In this document: one piece after another, positions 9,336-21,659 of the stretch | How positions within the stretch are numbered: the first letter of the stretch is position 1 | How the letters are laid out: each line of letters starts with the position of its first letter | NCBI RefSeq assembly: GCF_020745735.1 | Contig: NC_083435.1 | Location: 24,117,231 to 24,181,230 of the forward strand | Reading direction: 5' to 3' | Length of the DNA stretch: 64,000 nucleotides | From: Hemiscyllium ocellatum | Lineage: Eukaryota | Made by a program: the position numbers and the translations under genes | The notes under the pieces: generated by a model | What the model was told of the DNA's origin: nothing | Databases searched by the model: none | What the model saw: the letters and a program-made list of their open reading frames with translations, nothing else

Positions 9336-10725
9336 GCGGACGTGTATTGCCTGCAGGATTTCCCTGCGGCAGGGTTTTTTGATGTGACCTTCAGGAGTGT
9401 GAAGCATTGTGAGCAGCTCCTGAAAGTCTTCGAGGAGAAGGAAGGGGAACCTCTGGTCTCCATTTTGTCGGCGGTCCCGTTGTGTGTGCTTCCTGCGCAG
9501 AGGAGTCGGGTTGTAACAATCCAGATGTACAACCCCCACGTCCCAGCAGCAGATGTCCTGACCTTCTTGAGAAGATACGTCCAGGTCGAAGGAGAAAGCA
9601 CCAATGTGGTCGATCCTTTCGGGATCTGGTCCAGCAAACGACAGGTCAGGGTAACCCTGAGGGTCGATGCCAGTGGGAACATCCTCCACCCACCTTCCAG
9701 CTTTGCCATCAGAGGAAGCAGAGGTTACCTGACGTACGCAGGGCAGCCGAAGGTGTGCCGAACCTGCGGGAGGTCAGGCCACATGGCGGCGGATTGTAAG
9801 GTGACCGTATGCCGAAACTGCAAGCAGGAAGGCCACCCGACCAAGGATTGTAAGGAGGCCAAGAACTGTAACCTGTGCGGAGAGGCGGGCCACATGTACA
9901 AGGCCTGTCCAAGACGAGGAGCCGCCACCTACGTACAGATGGCCGGAGGTGGCAACACGAGCCGGGGACCGACTAAGACCAGCAAGGCACCACAAAACAG
10001 CACGGGAATGGTGTCTGGAGGCACCCAGAAGGAAGGGCAGGCTGTAGTGGAGCAGACGGCAGACAGCGGGGAGATGCAGCAGCCGATCCAAGCTCCTTCA
10101 GGACAAATGGAGGAAATGGAAGAGGAGGAATCAAAGGAGGCAGAGGATTGGATTACTGTCAAAAACAGGAAGAGGAAACCTCCCAAGGGCCCCAAAGCCA
10201 CCCAGAGAAGGGGGAAGCGACACCTACACAATAAGGATACAGGCAGCTCTTCCGATGGTGAGGACGGGCGCAAGAAGGGTCCTCCCAGAGGAAGAGACAG
10301 AGTGCAGTGGGGAGAAAGGAGGGCAGCACCACCCAAGAAGGGAAAGACGATCCCTCTGAGGGGACGGGTAAAGGCCTCCCCCGACCCGGTGAGAACCAAG
10401 AGGTGTCCACCGGCCCACAGCTCCAGGTAACTCGGAGCAGCGGTCCTGTGACAGCCCCGCTGTCAGATGGAGAACTGGACGGTGCGGACCCTGGGCTCGA
10501 CACAAAGACACCAGAGCAGGGAAGTGGCTCCAGCGTGGAGCCGGACAGCTCCCTCAGCCCTGGGATGGTCCAGCAGTTTGCCGTCACCACGGGGATGCAC
10601 ACAACTACCCCAGAGGGGCAAGATCAGCAGCAAATGAACACTGTTAACCTTGCAAACTGTTAAAATGGGGTTTAAAATTGCCAGCATCAATGTGCGTAGC
10701 ATCAAATCGGCGACGCGATGTGTTT
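9336..10725 (+). mobile_element. Tx1 ORF1 (three CCHC knuckles) plus first codons of ORF2, truncated at both ends
   Basis: ORF 9342-10430 has CRTCGRSGH, CRNCKQEGH and CNLCGEAGH. ORF2 starts MGFKIASINVRSI at 10665 and breaks at ~10725. Confidence 0.93.
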
Positions 10726-11204
10726 TTATATACGTTTCAATAGTTGCTGTTGCGGTTTGAAGACATGGAACCTATTTATCCCTCTCTCAGTTACAGCCAA
10801 AAGCTCGGGGTCCTCTTCCTGTTTCTGGAGTTGGATGTGAGACAGTCTGTTTCCTGACCTTCCATTTTGCCAAGGGTGTATTAATGGGATATTACTCTAT
10901 TGGAACAATTAATTAGAAATAGTTACCACTTCAATTATTCTGTTATATTTTCAATAGAGTTGTTATTTTGCTGTATTTTGACTACAGTGGATGAATAACG
11001 TGTGTTCTGCTTTAAACCCGGTAGACTGACCAATCAAATTGCATCTGGAATGCAGCATTTCATATTTAACTTTAAAATAAGAAAAAGTTAGAGTCGAGAC
11101 TATCTTCTGAATATTTTGAAGGGGTTTGGTCTGGTTCATAACACAACCCTCTGGATAGTTTTAACAGTCGTCTCTCAATGTAGTGTTTCAATCCCGGTGT
11201 TTCC

Positions 11205-12375
11205 CAACAGGAAACCGGGGATGAATCAGGACAATCAGAATCTGCTGAAAACCAGGCGTGAGGCCTTCACATCAGGAGACCCACTCAAATATAAGGAACC
11301 CAGGTGTGACCTTCACAGAGCCATGAAGACAGCCAAGGACCAATGCTGATCCAAACTAGAGATCCAGACAGACACCCAACAGCTATGGCAAAGACTGAAT
11401 GACATCACAGGTTCGAAAAAGAGACAGTGCAAGATAGCAGACGATGACACATCCCTCCCAGATCGTCTCAATGCCTCTCTGCTCGCTTTGAGCAGAATTT
11501 CAGCAGAGAGGTAACACCTGCCCTGACGAATTAATCCCAAAAGTCACTGCATCGCCAAATACCAGACTAATGCCATTTACAAGTTCGTTGATAACACTGT
11601 CAGTCAAATCTCAGATGGCAACAAAACAGAGTACAGACGGGAGGTGTAAGGCCTGGAAAATGGCGCACTAAGAACAACTGAGCTCTCAATGCTAGCAAAA
11701 CCAAAGAACTCATTATTGACTTTCAGCGGAATGTTACTCATACCCCCCTGCACATTAACAGCACAATAACAGGAACGAGTGGAGAGTGTCAAGCTCCTGG
11801 GAGTGGTCGTCAGCAACAAGCTTCCTTGGACTCTTCATGCGGACACACTGGTTACAAAGGCCCAGCAACGTCTCTTCTTCCTCAGGCAGCTGAGGGAATT
11901 TGGCATGCCGCTCTGCCGACTTTTATAGGTGCACCATCGAGAGCATTCTGTCTGGGTGTATCACTACCTGGTATGGCAACTGTACCATTCAAGATCGGAG
12001 ACGGTTACAGAGAGTGGTGAACTCTGCCCGGACAATCACAAAGGTCAACCTCCCATCTATAGAATTCATCTACCAGGCCCACTGTCAGGGAAAGGTCACC
12101 AGCATTCTCAAAGCTCCATCCCACCCTGGCAATGTTTTTCTATACCCTCTACCAGAAGCCTGAACACATCCACCAGCTGGTTTTGAAGCAGTCTCTACCT
12201 GAATACTGAATGGACTCACAAACTCTTAACATTCGCCTGTACCTGTGTTTTTGTTTTTGCCGTTTTTCACCTATTATTTACTTACCGTGCTATTTAACTG
12301 TGATCTGCCTGTATTGCTCGCAAAACAAAACTTTTCACTGTGTCTCTGTATATGTGACAATAAATTCAATTAAAT
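11205..12375 (+). mobile_element. Rex1/Babar-type LINE, internally deleted
   Basis: FYRCTIESILSGCITTWYGNCTIQDRRRLQRVVNSA is typical of the Rex-Babar C-terminus. The tail reads ...GTGACAATAAATTCAATT. Confidence 0.8.
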
Positions 12376-14449
12376 TGTTGTAATGCTCTCCACATTTCTG
12401 GGTGGTACACAATTGATTTAAATTATTTGGATTTCTAAGCTCTTTCTAATTTCCTTGAATAACTTTGATGAAAAATTTGATCCTTGTTCCAATTGCATTG
12501 CGGGTTGTCGGTAACGAGGGAAAAATATTGAGTAATTCTTCTACACTCCTTTCAGCCATGCTATCTCATTCTGGAATGGCCTCTGGAAATCTCAGAGACA
12601 CGTCTATTATGGTCAGCAAATACGGATCCCCACTGTTTGTTTTAGGGCTGGATCTGATGCAATAATTAAAACTTTTGCAAAAGATTCATCAAATGCTGGA
12701 ATAGGTATGAAAGGTGTTGGTTTTATTAATAAATAAGTTTTCCAATTATGTGACATGTCTGGGAAAATGCAAGAACATATTTCTGCAGTCCAGGCCAATA
12801 AAAATAAACTTCTATTTTCCTTATTCCCAAATGACCTCCTACTGGTAACTCTCATGGTGCTACCCACAACCCCTCCTTTATATCACACACCAGTAATACA
12901 GCCTGATGAGCTCCTGCCCATTTTTCACCCACTTGAATATGTGATGGTCTCCATTTCTTCATCAACACTTCATTTTTAAGATACTGACATTGTGGGATAT
13001 GTGCAGATTCACCTTTTCAGTACAACTGCTTTATTTTTCCACCTTTCTGTTGTATTTTAGCTAATGTCTCTGAGTTAGAAAACATCTGCTTTGTTCTCCA
13101 ACTGTTTTTGCGTTTTCTCCAGAACTTGATCAAATATAGTTTATGATAACTGAATTTTAACTTCCTTATCTTGTCTGTTTGAGTTCTCTTTCTGTTCAAC
13201 CTGTGGCTTTGTGACCTTGTAATCACACATTCAGGAAAGATCCCAGAAGGAACTGTTCTGGAATGGAGAATTTCTCTGTTACTCCATCCACCACTTTTCA
13301 TCAGACCCTCTAGCTTCGCCTTACATGAAAGAATACGACTTTTCTCACCATGGACTCCGTGTGTTCTAGTAATACTCTTTCTATTTACACATCTCCTTAT
13401 CTCTCCCGAACAATGATTGACTTGCTCCTGTATCTCTGAAAATCAGAATTTCTTTTCCTACTCCTCTTGGTAAACATGGGGAAAACTTTATTCGCTCAAG
13501 TGTTGCAAAGTTGAGGACAGTACATGTGGATTGGAAAGCATGAAGTTAGAATTTGGTGTTTGTAAAATACGAGTGGTAGGTGGAGGAAAGAATTGCATGG
13601 TCCCTTGAAAAGATCATGTGCTTTTTCCACACTTAGAGATTTACAATGGATGTCTGTGAACAGCAGCTTGCAAGTTTTCAAGTACACAGAGTGCACCCAA
13701 ACTGACACATTATATTGAAAGGCCATGCAGTTAGCAGGCTAAACGCCAGCTTTTTTTTTCAATACAACAGGTTTTTGAATTTAGCCAATTAATTTGAACA
13801 GGTACTTAGCTACCAAAAATGTATGAAATTTAAATCTGATGATTTCAACAACATAGGACGAGCCCTATCATGTGAAATATTGATATGTCATCAAGGGGAT
13901 AAAGGAAGGGGGCAGTTGGATAAAGACCCCAGAGCTAACTCCCCTCCAGCAGAGCCAATAGCCCTCAGCTCTCAAGAGAGAATCGCTGGCTCTCGAGTTG
14001 GATAAATAAATGGTGACGAGTTGATTTTAAAGTGAGTGTCAGGGATTTGTTTTATTGAACCACTTGAAGTTGCTGAGAAACAGGTTAAACCACTCGGCAC
14101 TCCCCCTTTTACAGATTATGAGGTGAGGTGCCCCTATTTGCTATTTCTGTTTAGTTCTTGGAGATGGAGGGGTCAACCTCCACTTTATATCACAAGGAAA
14201 TTCTTCACAGTTTTAACTCTCTGCTCCTCCACATGAGTTCTCATTACTTCACAAAGTGAATTCTTGAACTCAAACAAAGTTGGCTCTCCAAGAGTATGAT
14301 AAGAGTCTGATTTATTTGCATCCACTTCACAATGTTACTTTGTTTGATCTTTTCTAACTTTGACCAAGTTCTTCCATTAGATTTTGAAATTGTTTTCTTT
14401 CAGCTTCTGGTACAAGTTCATATGAACATGAGATGGCTGTTTTTAGAAT

Positions 14450-14545
14450 CATAGATTCATAGACTCCCTACAGTATGGGGACAGGCCATTTGGCCCAACA
14501 AGTCCACCCCGACCGGCCGAAGGGTATCCCACAAAGACCCCACAC
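14450..14545 (-). mobile_element. HE1-type SINE/CR1 3' tail fragment
   Basis: CCCTACAGTATGGGGACAGGCCATTTGGCCCAACAAGTCCAC matches the SINE tails at 38690 and 63400. Confidence 0.65.
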
Positions 14546-14872
14546 CCTGTGTCCTGCCAACGGGAGAAAGGTCAGTTTTCCCTGTGTCTGTTTCACAGCG
14601 AGTAAATCAACCTGTCTGTGTCTGATCTCCCTGGGAACTGGTGACAGAACCTGTTTATCTCTTTATTGGGTTTTTTACTGAGGCTGGGACTGAGACTGGT
14701 TCAGCAGCTTCAAGTTCAGGAAATGATCAAATTACTTTGTCAATCAGGAAATGGCATCATGGTAGAAACAAACGTTTATTTTGTTTATTTTTCAGTTTGT
14801 GAACAGCAGATATTTTCCAATCACTGTTTTATTCCAAGTCCCTGATTGGAATAGGGAGAGAGGATTCCCAGA

Positions 14873-14924
14873 ATGTTGCTGATCCTTCTCTCCATCTCCC
14901 TGTGTTTTTCCCGGGTCTCTCCCA
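14873..14924 (+). CDS. MHC class I-like gene A exon 1 (signal peptide MLLILLSISLCFSRVSP)
   Basis: ATG, hydrophobic leader and phase-1 GTAAGT donor. Paralogous to 40508-40559. Confidence 0.85.
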
Positions 14925-14946
14925 GTAAGTACAGAATTCAGCTTTC

Positions 14947-14984
<38 letters not shown>

Positions 14985-15144
14985 CTGGGGTGAATGTGAG
15001 TCTCTTGGGGAGAGTTTGAAATGGGGGATGTTTGATCAGCCGCCTGTTATACTGCCAGCCTGATCTTTTACACATTGAAGGCAGCATAGTCTGGGAGACT
15101 CCGATGGGATTTGTGCCCAGGTTCCTAATCTAAAACTTTCTTAA

Positions 15145-16057
15145 AAGTGCAAGGTTTGTGAAGGTTTGTAGCTCAGGTTGAGGTTTAGGGTGTAGGTTTG
15201 CTCGCTGAGCTATAGGTTTGATATCCAGACGTTTCATTACCTAGCTAGGTAACATCGTCAGTGGCGACCTCCAAGTGAAGCGAAGCTGTTGTCTCCTGCT
15301 TTCTATTTATATCTTTCTCCTGGATGGGATTCCTGGGGTTTGTGGTCATTTCCTGTTCGTTTTCTGAGGGGTTGATAGATGGTATCTAGATCTATGTGTT
15401 TGTTTATGGCGTTGTGGTTGGAGTGCCAGGCCTCCAGGAATTCTCTGGCATGTCTTTGCTTAGCCTATCCCAGGATAGATGTGTTGTCCCAGTCGAATTG
15501 GTGGGGTTTTTCATCCGTGTGTAGGGCTATGAGGGAGAGAGGGTTGTGTCTTTTTGTGGCTAGCTGGTGCTTGTGTATCCTGGTGGCTAACTTTCTTCCT
15601 GTTTGTCCTATGTAGTATTTGTCGCAGTCCTTACATGGAATTTTGTAGATGACATTGGTTTTGTCCATGGGTTGTACTGGGTCTTTTAAGTTTGTTAGGT
15701 TTTGTTTGAGAGTGTTGGTGGGTTTGTGTGCTACTAGGATTCCGAGGGGCTTAGTAGTCTGGCTGTCATTTCTGAGACTTCTTTGATGTATGGTAAGGTG
15801 GTTAGGGTTTCTGGCTGTGTTTGGTCTGCTTGTCGTGGTTTGTTCCTGAGGAATCTGCGGACTGTATTTTTTGAGAATCCATTCTTTTTGAATATGTTGT
15901 ATAGGTGGTTCTCCTCTGTTTCCCGAAGTTTGTCTGTGCTGCAGTGTGTGGTGGCTCGTTGGAATAGTGTTCTGATACAGCTTTGTTTGTGTATGTTGGG
16001 ATGGTTGCTGGTGTAGTTAAGTATTTGGTCAGTGTTTGTCGGTTTTCTGTATACGCA
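15145..16057 (-). mobile_element. Penelope-like element (GIY-YIG) with intact hammerhead motif at 15225-15264
   Basis: NVIYKIPCKDCDKYYIGQTGRKLATRIH is a GIY-YIG domain. The terminal repeat contains CTGACGA...GAAACGTC on the minus strand. Confidence 0.9.
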
Positions 16058-16195
16058 GATTGGTTTGTGGCCTCATGGCCAGTTGTAATGACAGAGGTCC
16101 TCTGCCCACCAACAGCAAGGTGATTGGTTGTCAGGGAACTGAACTGCTCAGGGCTAACAGCAAAATTGAACTGAATTTATTGCCACGTGCACCGA

Positions 16196-17930
16196 TTCAC
16201 AACCCTTTGGGAGAAGTAGCTTCTCCTCAACTCTGTTTGAAATTTGCTCCCTCTCATCCTGCAACCTCTCATCCGAAAATGCCCCACAAGGGGAAGCATC
16301 CATTCCCCATCTATTTTATCCATAGTTTTTTATTATCTTGACAACCTCAATTTGATCTCCACACATTCTTCGAAATTCCAGACAGCATCGGCCTACACTG
16401 GTCAATCTCTCTTCATGTGACAAACCCCTTATCTCTGGGATCAATCTCATGAACCCTCCTGGGAACTGCCTCCAATGCCATTACATCTTTCCTCAAATAA
16501 GGGGACCAGAACTGTGCACAATACTCCAGGTGTGGTCTCACCAATGCCTTGGATAGCTGCAACAATACGGCCTTCCCTTTATATTCTATTTCCTGAGCTA
16601 GGAAAGACAACATTCCATTCACATGCTTTACTATCTGCTGGACCTGCATGCTAGCTTTCTGTACCTTATGAATGAGGGCACCCACCTCCCTCTGTACCTC
16701 AGCATCACAAGTCTCTGCCCATGTCGATAAAGGTCACCTTCCCATCGCTCAACCCCAATGCATGACCTCACACGTATCTGTGTTAAACTCCATCTGCCAC
16801 ATTTTGGCCAATTCCCCACCCTATCTGTTGTAAGGTTCCTGTTTCCTCATTTACAATTTACTATCCTGCCTATTTTTGTCGACCGGGCCTTCTCTCCCTG
16901 TCTCCAAGTCGGGAACGTAGATTGTCAATAACTGGGGCCCAAGGACCAAACCCTGTGGCACCCCACTCGTAACGTCTTGCCATCCGGAAAAAAAACCTAA
17001 TTTATCCCGACTCTCTGTCTTCTGTCCATTAGCCAGTCATCTACCCAAGATAATATATTACTCATAATCCCATATGATCCAACTTTGTGAATTATCCTTT
17101 TGTGCGGCACCTTATCAAATGCCTACCAAAAGTCCAGATACATTACACCTATAGGATCCCCAGTATCCACTTTGCTTCTTGCATCTTCAAAGCCATCCAG
17201 CAAATGAGTTAAACATGATTTGCCCTTCATAAACCCATGCTGACTCTGATGGAGCACAGTCTGACTTGCCACCTGTCCTGATATTGCTCCCTTAATAATT
17301 GATTCTAACACTTTCCCAACATCTGCTCTTCAAAAATTACAGACCAGTTAGTTTAATAAGATTAATATTTTTCCGATCCATGGGAGCTTTTCCCATGTAG
17401 AGGGAATTTTGGAATATTGTAATGAATGGATCCATTATCTCCACCGTCACTTCCTTTAATACCCTCGGCTCTCGGCCATCTGGCCAGGGAGACTTGTCTG
17501 CCCTCAATCCTAATAGTTTGCTGAGTACCTTTTCCCAATCAATGTTGAATGTTTTACATCCTACCCTTTCTATTGCCTCTGACTCGAACCAATAAGAATG
17601 GTCCTTCACTGTGAAAACTGGGGCAAAGCATTGATTTGGCTTCTCTGCCATTTCAGTCGTCCCCACGGTTAACTCTCCAGTTTCACCTTCCAAGGGACCA
17701 ACATTCACATCAGCGACTCTTCCCTTTTGTAGACTTATAGAAGCTTTTGCTATCCTTTTTGATATTTTGTGCCAATTTTCTTTCTTCATTTACCTTCGCT
17801 CCTGTTATTAATTTTTTAGTATCCCTTTGCTTATGTTTGACAGTTTCCCAAGCTTCCAGCCTGCCCCTGGCCTTTGCAATATGGTAGACCTTCACTCTTG
17901 ACTTTATATTGTCCTTGACCACCTTTTTTA
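16196..17930 (-). mobile_element. CR1 LINE fragments
   Basis: LVRPHLEYCAQFWSPYLRKD, SQHGFMKGKSCLTHLL and KSPWPDG motifs of CR1 ORF2. Confidence 0.88.
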
Positions 17931-18149
17931 GCTATGGAAGTTTTTGACTTTCTACGCCCTACCCTCCACACCACCCCCCCCCCCCCCCCCCCAACGCCTT
18001 ACCACCTTTCTTACTCACTAGCATATATTTTAGTTGTGAGGAATTTTACTAGCCCCTTAAACAATTGCTACTGCTCATCCCTTCTCTTACCTTTCACTTT
18101 CCCGCCCAATCTACTCGAGCCAAATCTCTTCCTCTGTTTAATTCCAGAA

Positions 18150-18400
18150 CACGAGTGTGGGACTCCACTTTCTCCCCCCAAACTGGAGTCACCCTTTATT
18201 TACAGGTGCATAGCACATGACAGTGACTCAGCTAGCATGGATCCAGCTCCTAGAGTGAACAGAACCCCTGCCCCTCTTGTTTATATCTGTCAGCTGGGGT
18301 TACCTGATTGGATGAAGTTAACAGCCACAATCAGGGAACTCATATTCGATGAGGTAAACCTGAGTGATCTCATACAGATCAGTACACCAGTATACTGGGG
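18150..18400 (-). mobile_element. Solo LTR, Gypsy-related
   Basis: The minus strand shares GAATATGAGTTCCCTGATT, CCAATCAGG and AAAGGGTGACT with the LTR at 32387-32602. Confidence 0.6.
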
Positions 18401-18519
18401 CTGAGGGGTGGTTTAAAGTGAAGCTGATTGGTTTGTGGCCTCATGACCAGTTGTAATGACAGAGGTCCTCTGCACGCCAACAGCAAGGTGATTGGTTGTC
18501 AGGGAACTGAACAGCTCAG

Positions 18520-19560
18520 GGCTGACAGCAAAATTGAATTGAATTTATTGCCACATGTACCGAGGCACAGTGAAAAGCTTTGTCTTGCGAGCAATACAGG
18601 CAGATCACAGAGTTAAGTAGCACAGGTAAGTAAATAATAGGTAAACAGCAGCAAAAGCAAAAATGCAGGTACAGGCGAATGTTAAGAGATTGTGAATCTA
18701 TTCAGTATTCTAGCAACAGTAGGGTCGAAATGGTTTCAAAACCAGCTGGTGCATGTGTTCAGGCTTCTGTACCTTCTCCCCAGTGGTAGGGGTTGTAGAA
18801 AAACATTGCCAGGGTGGGATGGATCTTTGAGAATGCTGGCGGCCTTTCCTTGACAGTGGGCCTGGTAGATGGATTCTATAGATGGGAAGTTGGTCCTTAT
18901 GATTGTCTGGGCTGAGTTCACCACTCTCTGTAACTGTCTCCGATCTTGAATGGTACAGTTGTCATACCAAGTAGTGATACATCCAGACATAATGCTCTCG
19001 ATGGTGCACCTATAAAAGTTGGCAGAGCGTCATGCCAAATTCCCTCAGCTGCCTGAGGAGGAAGAGACGTTGCTGGGCCTTTGTAACCAGTGCTTCCATG
19101 TGAATAGTCCAAGAAAGCTTGTTGTGGATGACCACTCCCAGGAGCTTGACACTCTCCACTCGTTCCACCTCTGTGCTGTTAATGTGTGTGGGGGGGCCTG
19201 AATAACATCCCGCTGAAAGTCAATAATGAGTTCCTTGGTTTTGCCGGCATTGAGAGCTCGGTTGTTCTCAGTGCACCATTTTTCCAGGTCTTTCATCTGC
19301 AGTCTGTATCGTCGCCATCTGAGATTCGACCGACTATGGTGGTGTCATCAGTGAACTTGTAAATGGCATTGGTCTGGTATTTGGCGATGCACTCATGGAT
19401 TTACAGTGAGTACAGTAGGGGACTGAGTACACACCACTGCGCGGGCTCCAGAATTAAGTGTTGGTGAGGATGAAATATTGTCCCCAATCTTCACTGATGA
19501 TGGCCTGTGGGTCAGGAAACAGGTCAGTTTCAGAGAGTGGGGCTCAGTCTGAGATCACAA
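18520..19560 (-). mobile_element. Rex1/Babar-type LINE 3' fragment
   Basis: Inverted homolog of 11205-12375, translating SGCITTWYDNCTIQDRRQLQRVVNSA. Confidence 0.85.
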
Positions 19561-19739
19561 AGTTTAGTCATCAGTCTTGAGGGGATAATGGTGTTTTAAG
19601 TTTTTTTTAAAGTTACATCCTCAAGTGCATTTTAACAAACGGAGTCATGTCGGCCCAGATTAGGTATTGAAGGTGTTAATGTCCTGTATGAGAATGTCTG
19701 TGCCACAAGGGTCAGAATGATTCAAATCTAAAAACAGAT

Positions 19740-19905
19740 TTACAGACTCTTATGTGGATTCATGCAGTTTTTGAGCAAAGTAAAATGTAATTCTGCAAGT
19801 ACAAATTCACCCCACAAACTTATATGTGTATGTGTGCGTGTGTGTATGTGTCTGTGTGTGTGTGTGTATGTAGGAGTGTCTGTGTATCTAGGAAGTGACG
19901 GTGGA

Positions 19906-19943
<38 letters not shown>

Positions 19944-20325
19944 GAGTGTCTGTGTGTGTCCTTGTGTGTGAGTATGTCTGTCTGTGTGCGTGCATGTTAT
20001 GTGTATGTAGGAGTGCCTGTGTCTGTCTGTCTGTGTGTGTGTGTGTGTATGTTGTGTGTGTGTGTGTTTGTGTATGTGTATGCAGGAGTGTCTGTGTGTG
20101 TCCGTCTGTCTGTGAGACATAACAAACAATCCACGTCTTTTTCAATATATGATTTCAGTTTATATTACACTGTAAACTTTTGCTGTAAATTCTGTGTCCT
20201 ACAATCTTATTCTCCACAATTACCTGATGAAGTGGAAATTAGTGCTTCCAAATAAACCGATTGGACTGGAGCCTGGTGTTGTGTGATTTTTAACTTTGTC
20301 CGCCCCAGTCCAACACCACTGCCTC
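19740..20325. mobile_element. Penelope-derived remnant with (GT)n-rich tract and terminal repeat
   Basis: 19740-19830 is an inverted homolog of ~670-760. A TG-rich tract spans 19820-20115 and a terminal repeat lies at ~20210-20320. Confidence 0.6.
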
Positions 20326-20459
20326 CCAATTAATGAAGCAAGCCCCAGTTCGAAAACCGAATGAAATGATGTGGCACTGTCCCTGTTTAAATGACAGGGT
20401 TAAATGAAGCTAAATTGGACATTTTTAACACCCAATGGCATAACTAGGAAATATCAACC

Positions 20460-21330
20460 AAATCATTGAGCAAACTTCCTAGTCTCTTGCTTTCTCCCAA
20501 CAATCTCTCTCTCTTCCTTCCCACTGTTCTCTCTCTCTCTTTCCCCTCCCCAGCGTCTCTCTCTCTCTCTCTTTCTGTTCCTCCTGAGTCTCTCCACCTC
20601 CTCCCAGCTCTTATCCCCTCCCTCACCATAAGCCTCTTTCCCATCCCCTCCCCATTCTTTTATCCAACCTCCCCCAGAGTCTCATTTCCCTCCCTGGTCT
20701 CAACCCCTCCACCCCACTCCCCATCCCAGTTTCTTTCTGTCCTGTGTAATCTCTCTCTTCCCCCTCCTTCACAGTCTTTATCCCCCTCATCAGTCCCTTT
20801 GCTCCTCCCAATCCCTTTCCTTCCCCTGCAATATCTTTACCTTCTGCGCCTGCCTCTCGCCCTTCTCGATCTGTTAACCCCTTCCATTCTATTCCTCCAG
20901 GTCCCAGTCTCTTTTGTCCTCATCCCAATGCTCTCTCTTCACCTCTGACCTTCCTTATCTCATTTCCAAACCCTCCACATTCTCTCCTCACTCCTCAGTG
21001 TCCCTCCTCCATGCTGTACAGTCTCTCTCCCCCATTTCCCAGTTCCTCCGCAGTGTGTCTCTCTCTCCCCCCCATCCCCAGTATATATTTTCCAACGCAA
21101 GTCTCCATCCCACCCCAATTTCTGTCTCTCCCAATCACTGTCCCTCCCCAGTCTCTGCCCCTCCCCAATCACTGTCCCTCCCCAGTCTCTGCCCCTCCCC
21201 AATATCTGTCCCTCCCCAGTCTTCCTCTCTTCATCCCCGAAGTTTCTCTTCCTCCCCACTACCAGTCACATTCTGTCTGGTTTGCTAGTTCCTCTCCCTC
21301 CCAGTTTCCCTCCCAGTGCTTGTTCTGCAG
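20460..21330. repeat. Long pyrimidine-rich low-complexity tract
   Basis: About 870 bp of strongly C/T-biased + strand immediately upstream of the alpha1 acceptor. Confidence 0.85.
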
Positions 21331-21366
21331 TTTGATAACCAGCTCCTCGAACTGTTTATATTACAG

Positions 21367-21627
21367 AAACTAACTCACGAACTTTGAAATATACAATTGT
21401 CTCAGGAGAACAAGATTTCCCTGAAGTCACTGTTGTTGCGATGGTCAACGGAATACAAACAGGTTACTTTGACAGTGATACCCATCGCTGTGTCCCCAGG
21501 CAGCAGTTCCTGACTGAATCACTCGGTGTGAAATTCTGGGACGATGCTACAGATCAGGCAACCACACACACCGGGCTGGCAAAGGAGAATCTGAAATCGA
21601 TCATGAAAAGGACAAACCAGACTTCAG
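21367..21627 (+). CDS. MHC class I-like gene A exon 2 (alpha1)
   Basis: AG/GT bounded, 261 nt, phase 1. DFPEVTVV..VNG...YFDS...PRQQF...FWD...KRTNQTSG includes the conserved N86 glycosylation site. Confidence 0.95.
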
Positions 21628-21659
21628 GTAAAATCTCACCGTCAATTGTCCACATTATC

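Noticed and set aside
19740-21373. HT/CV-rich and Pro/Leu/Ser-rich ORFs
   Set aside because: Low-complexity (GT)n and pyrimidine tracts.
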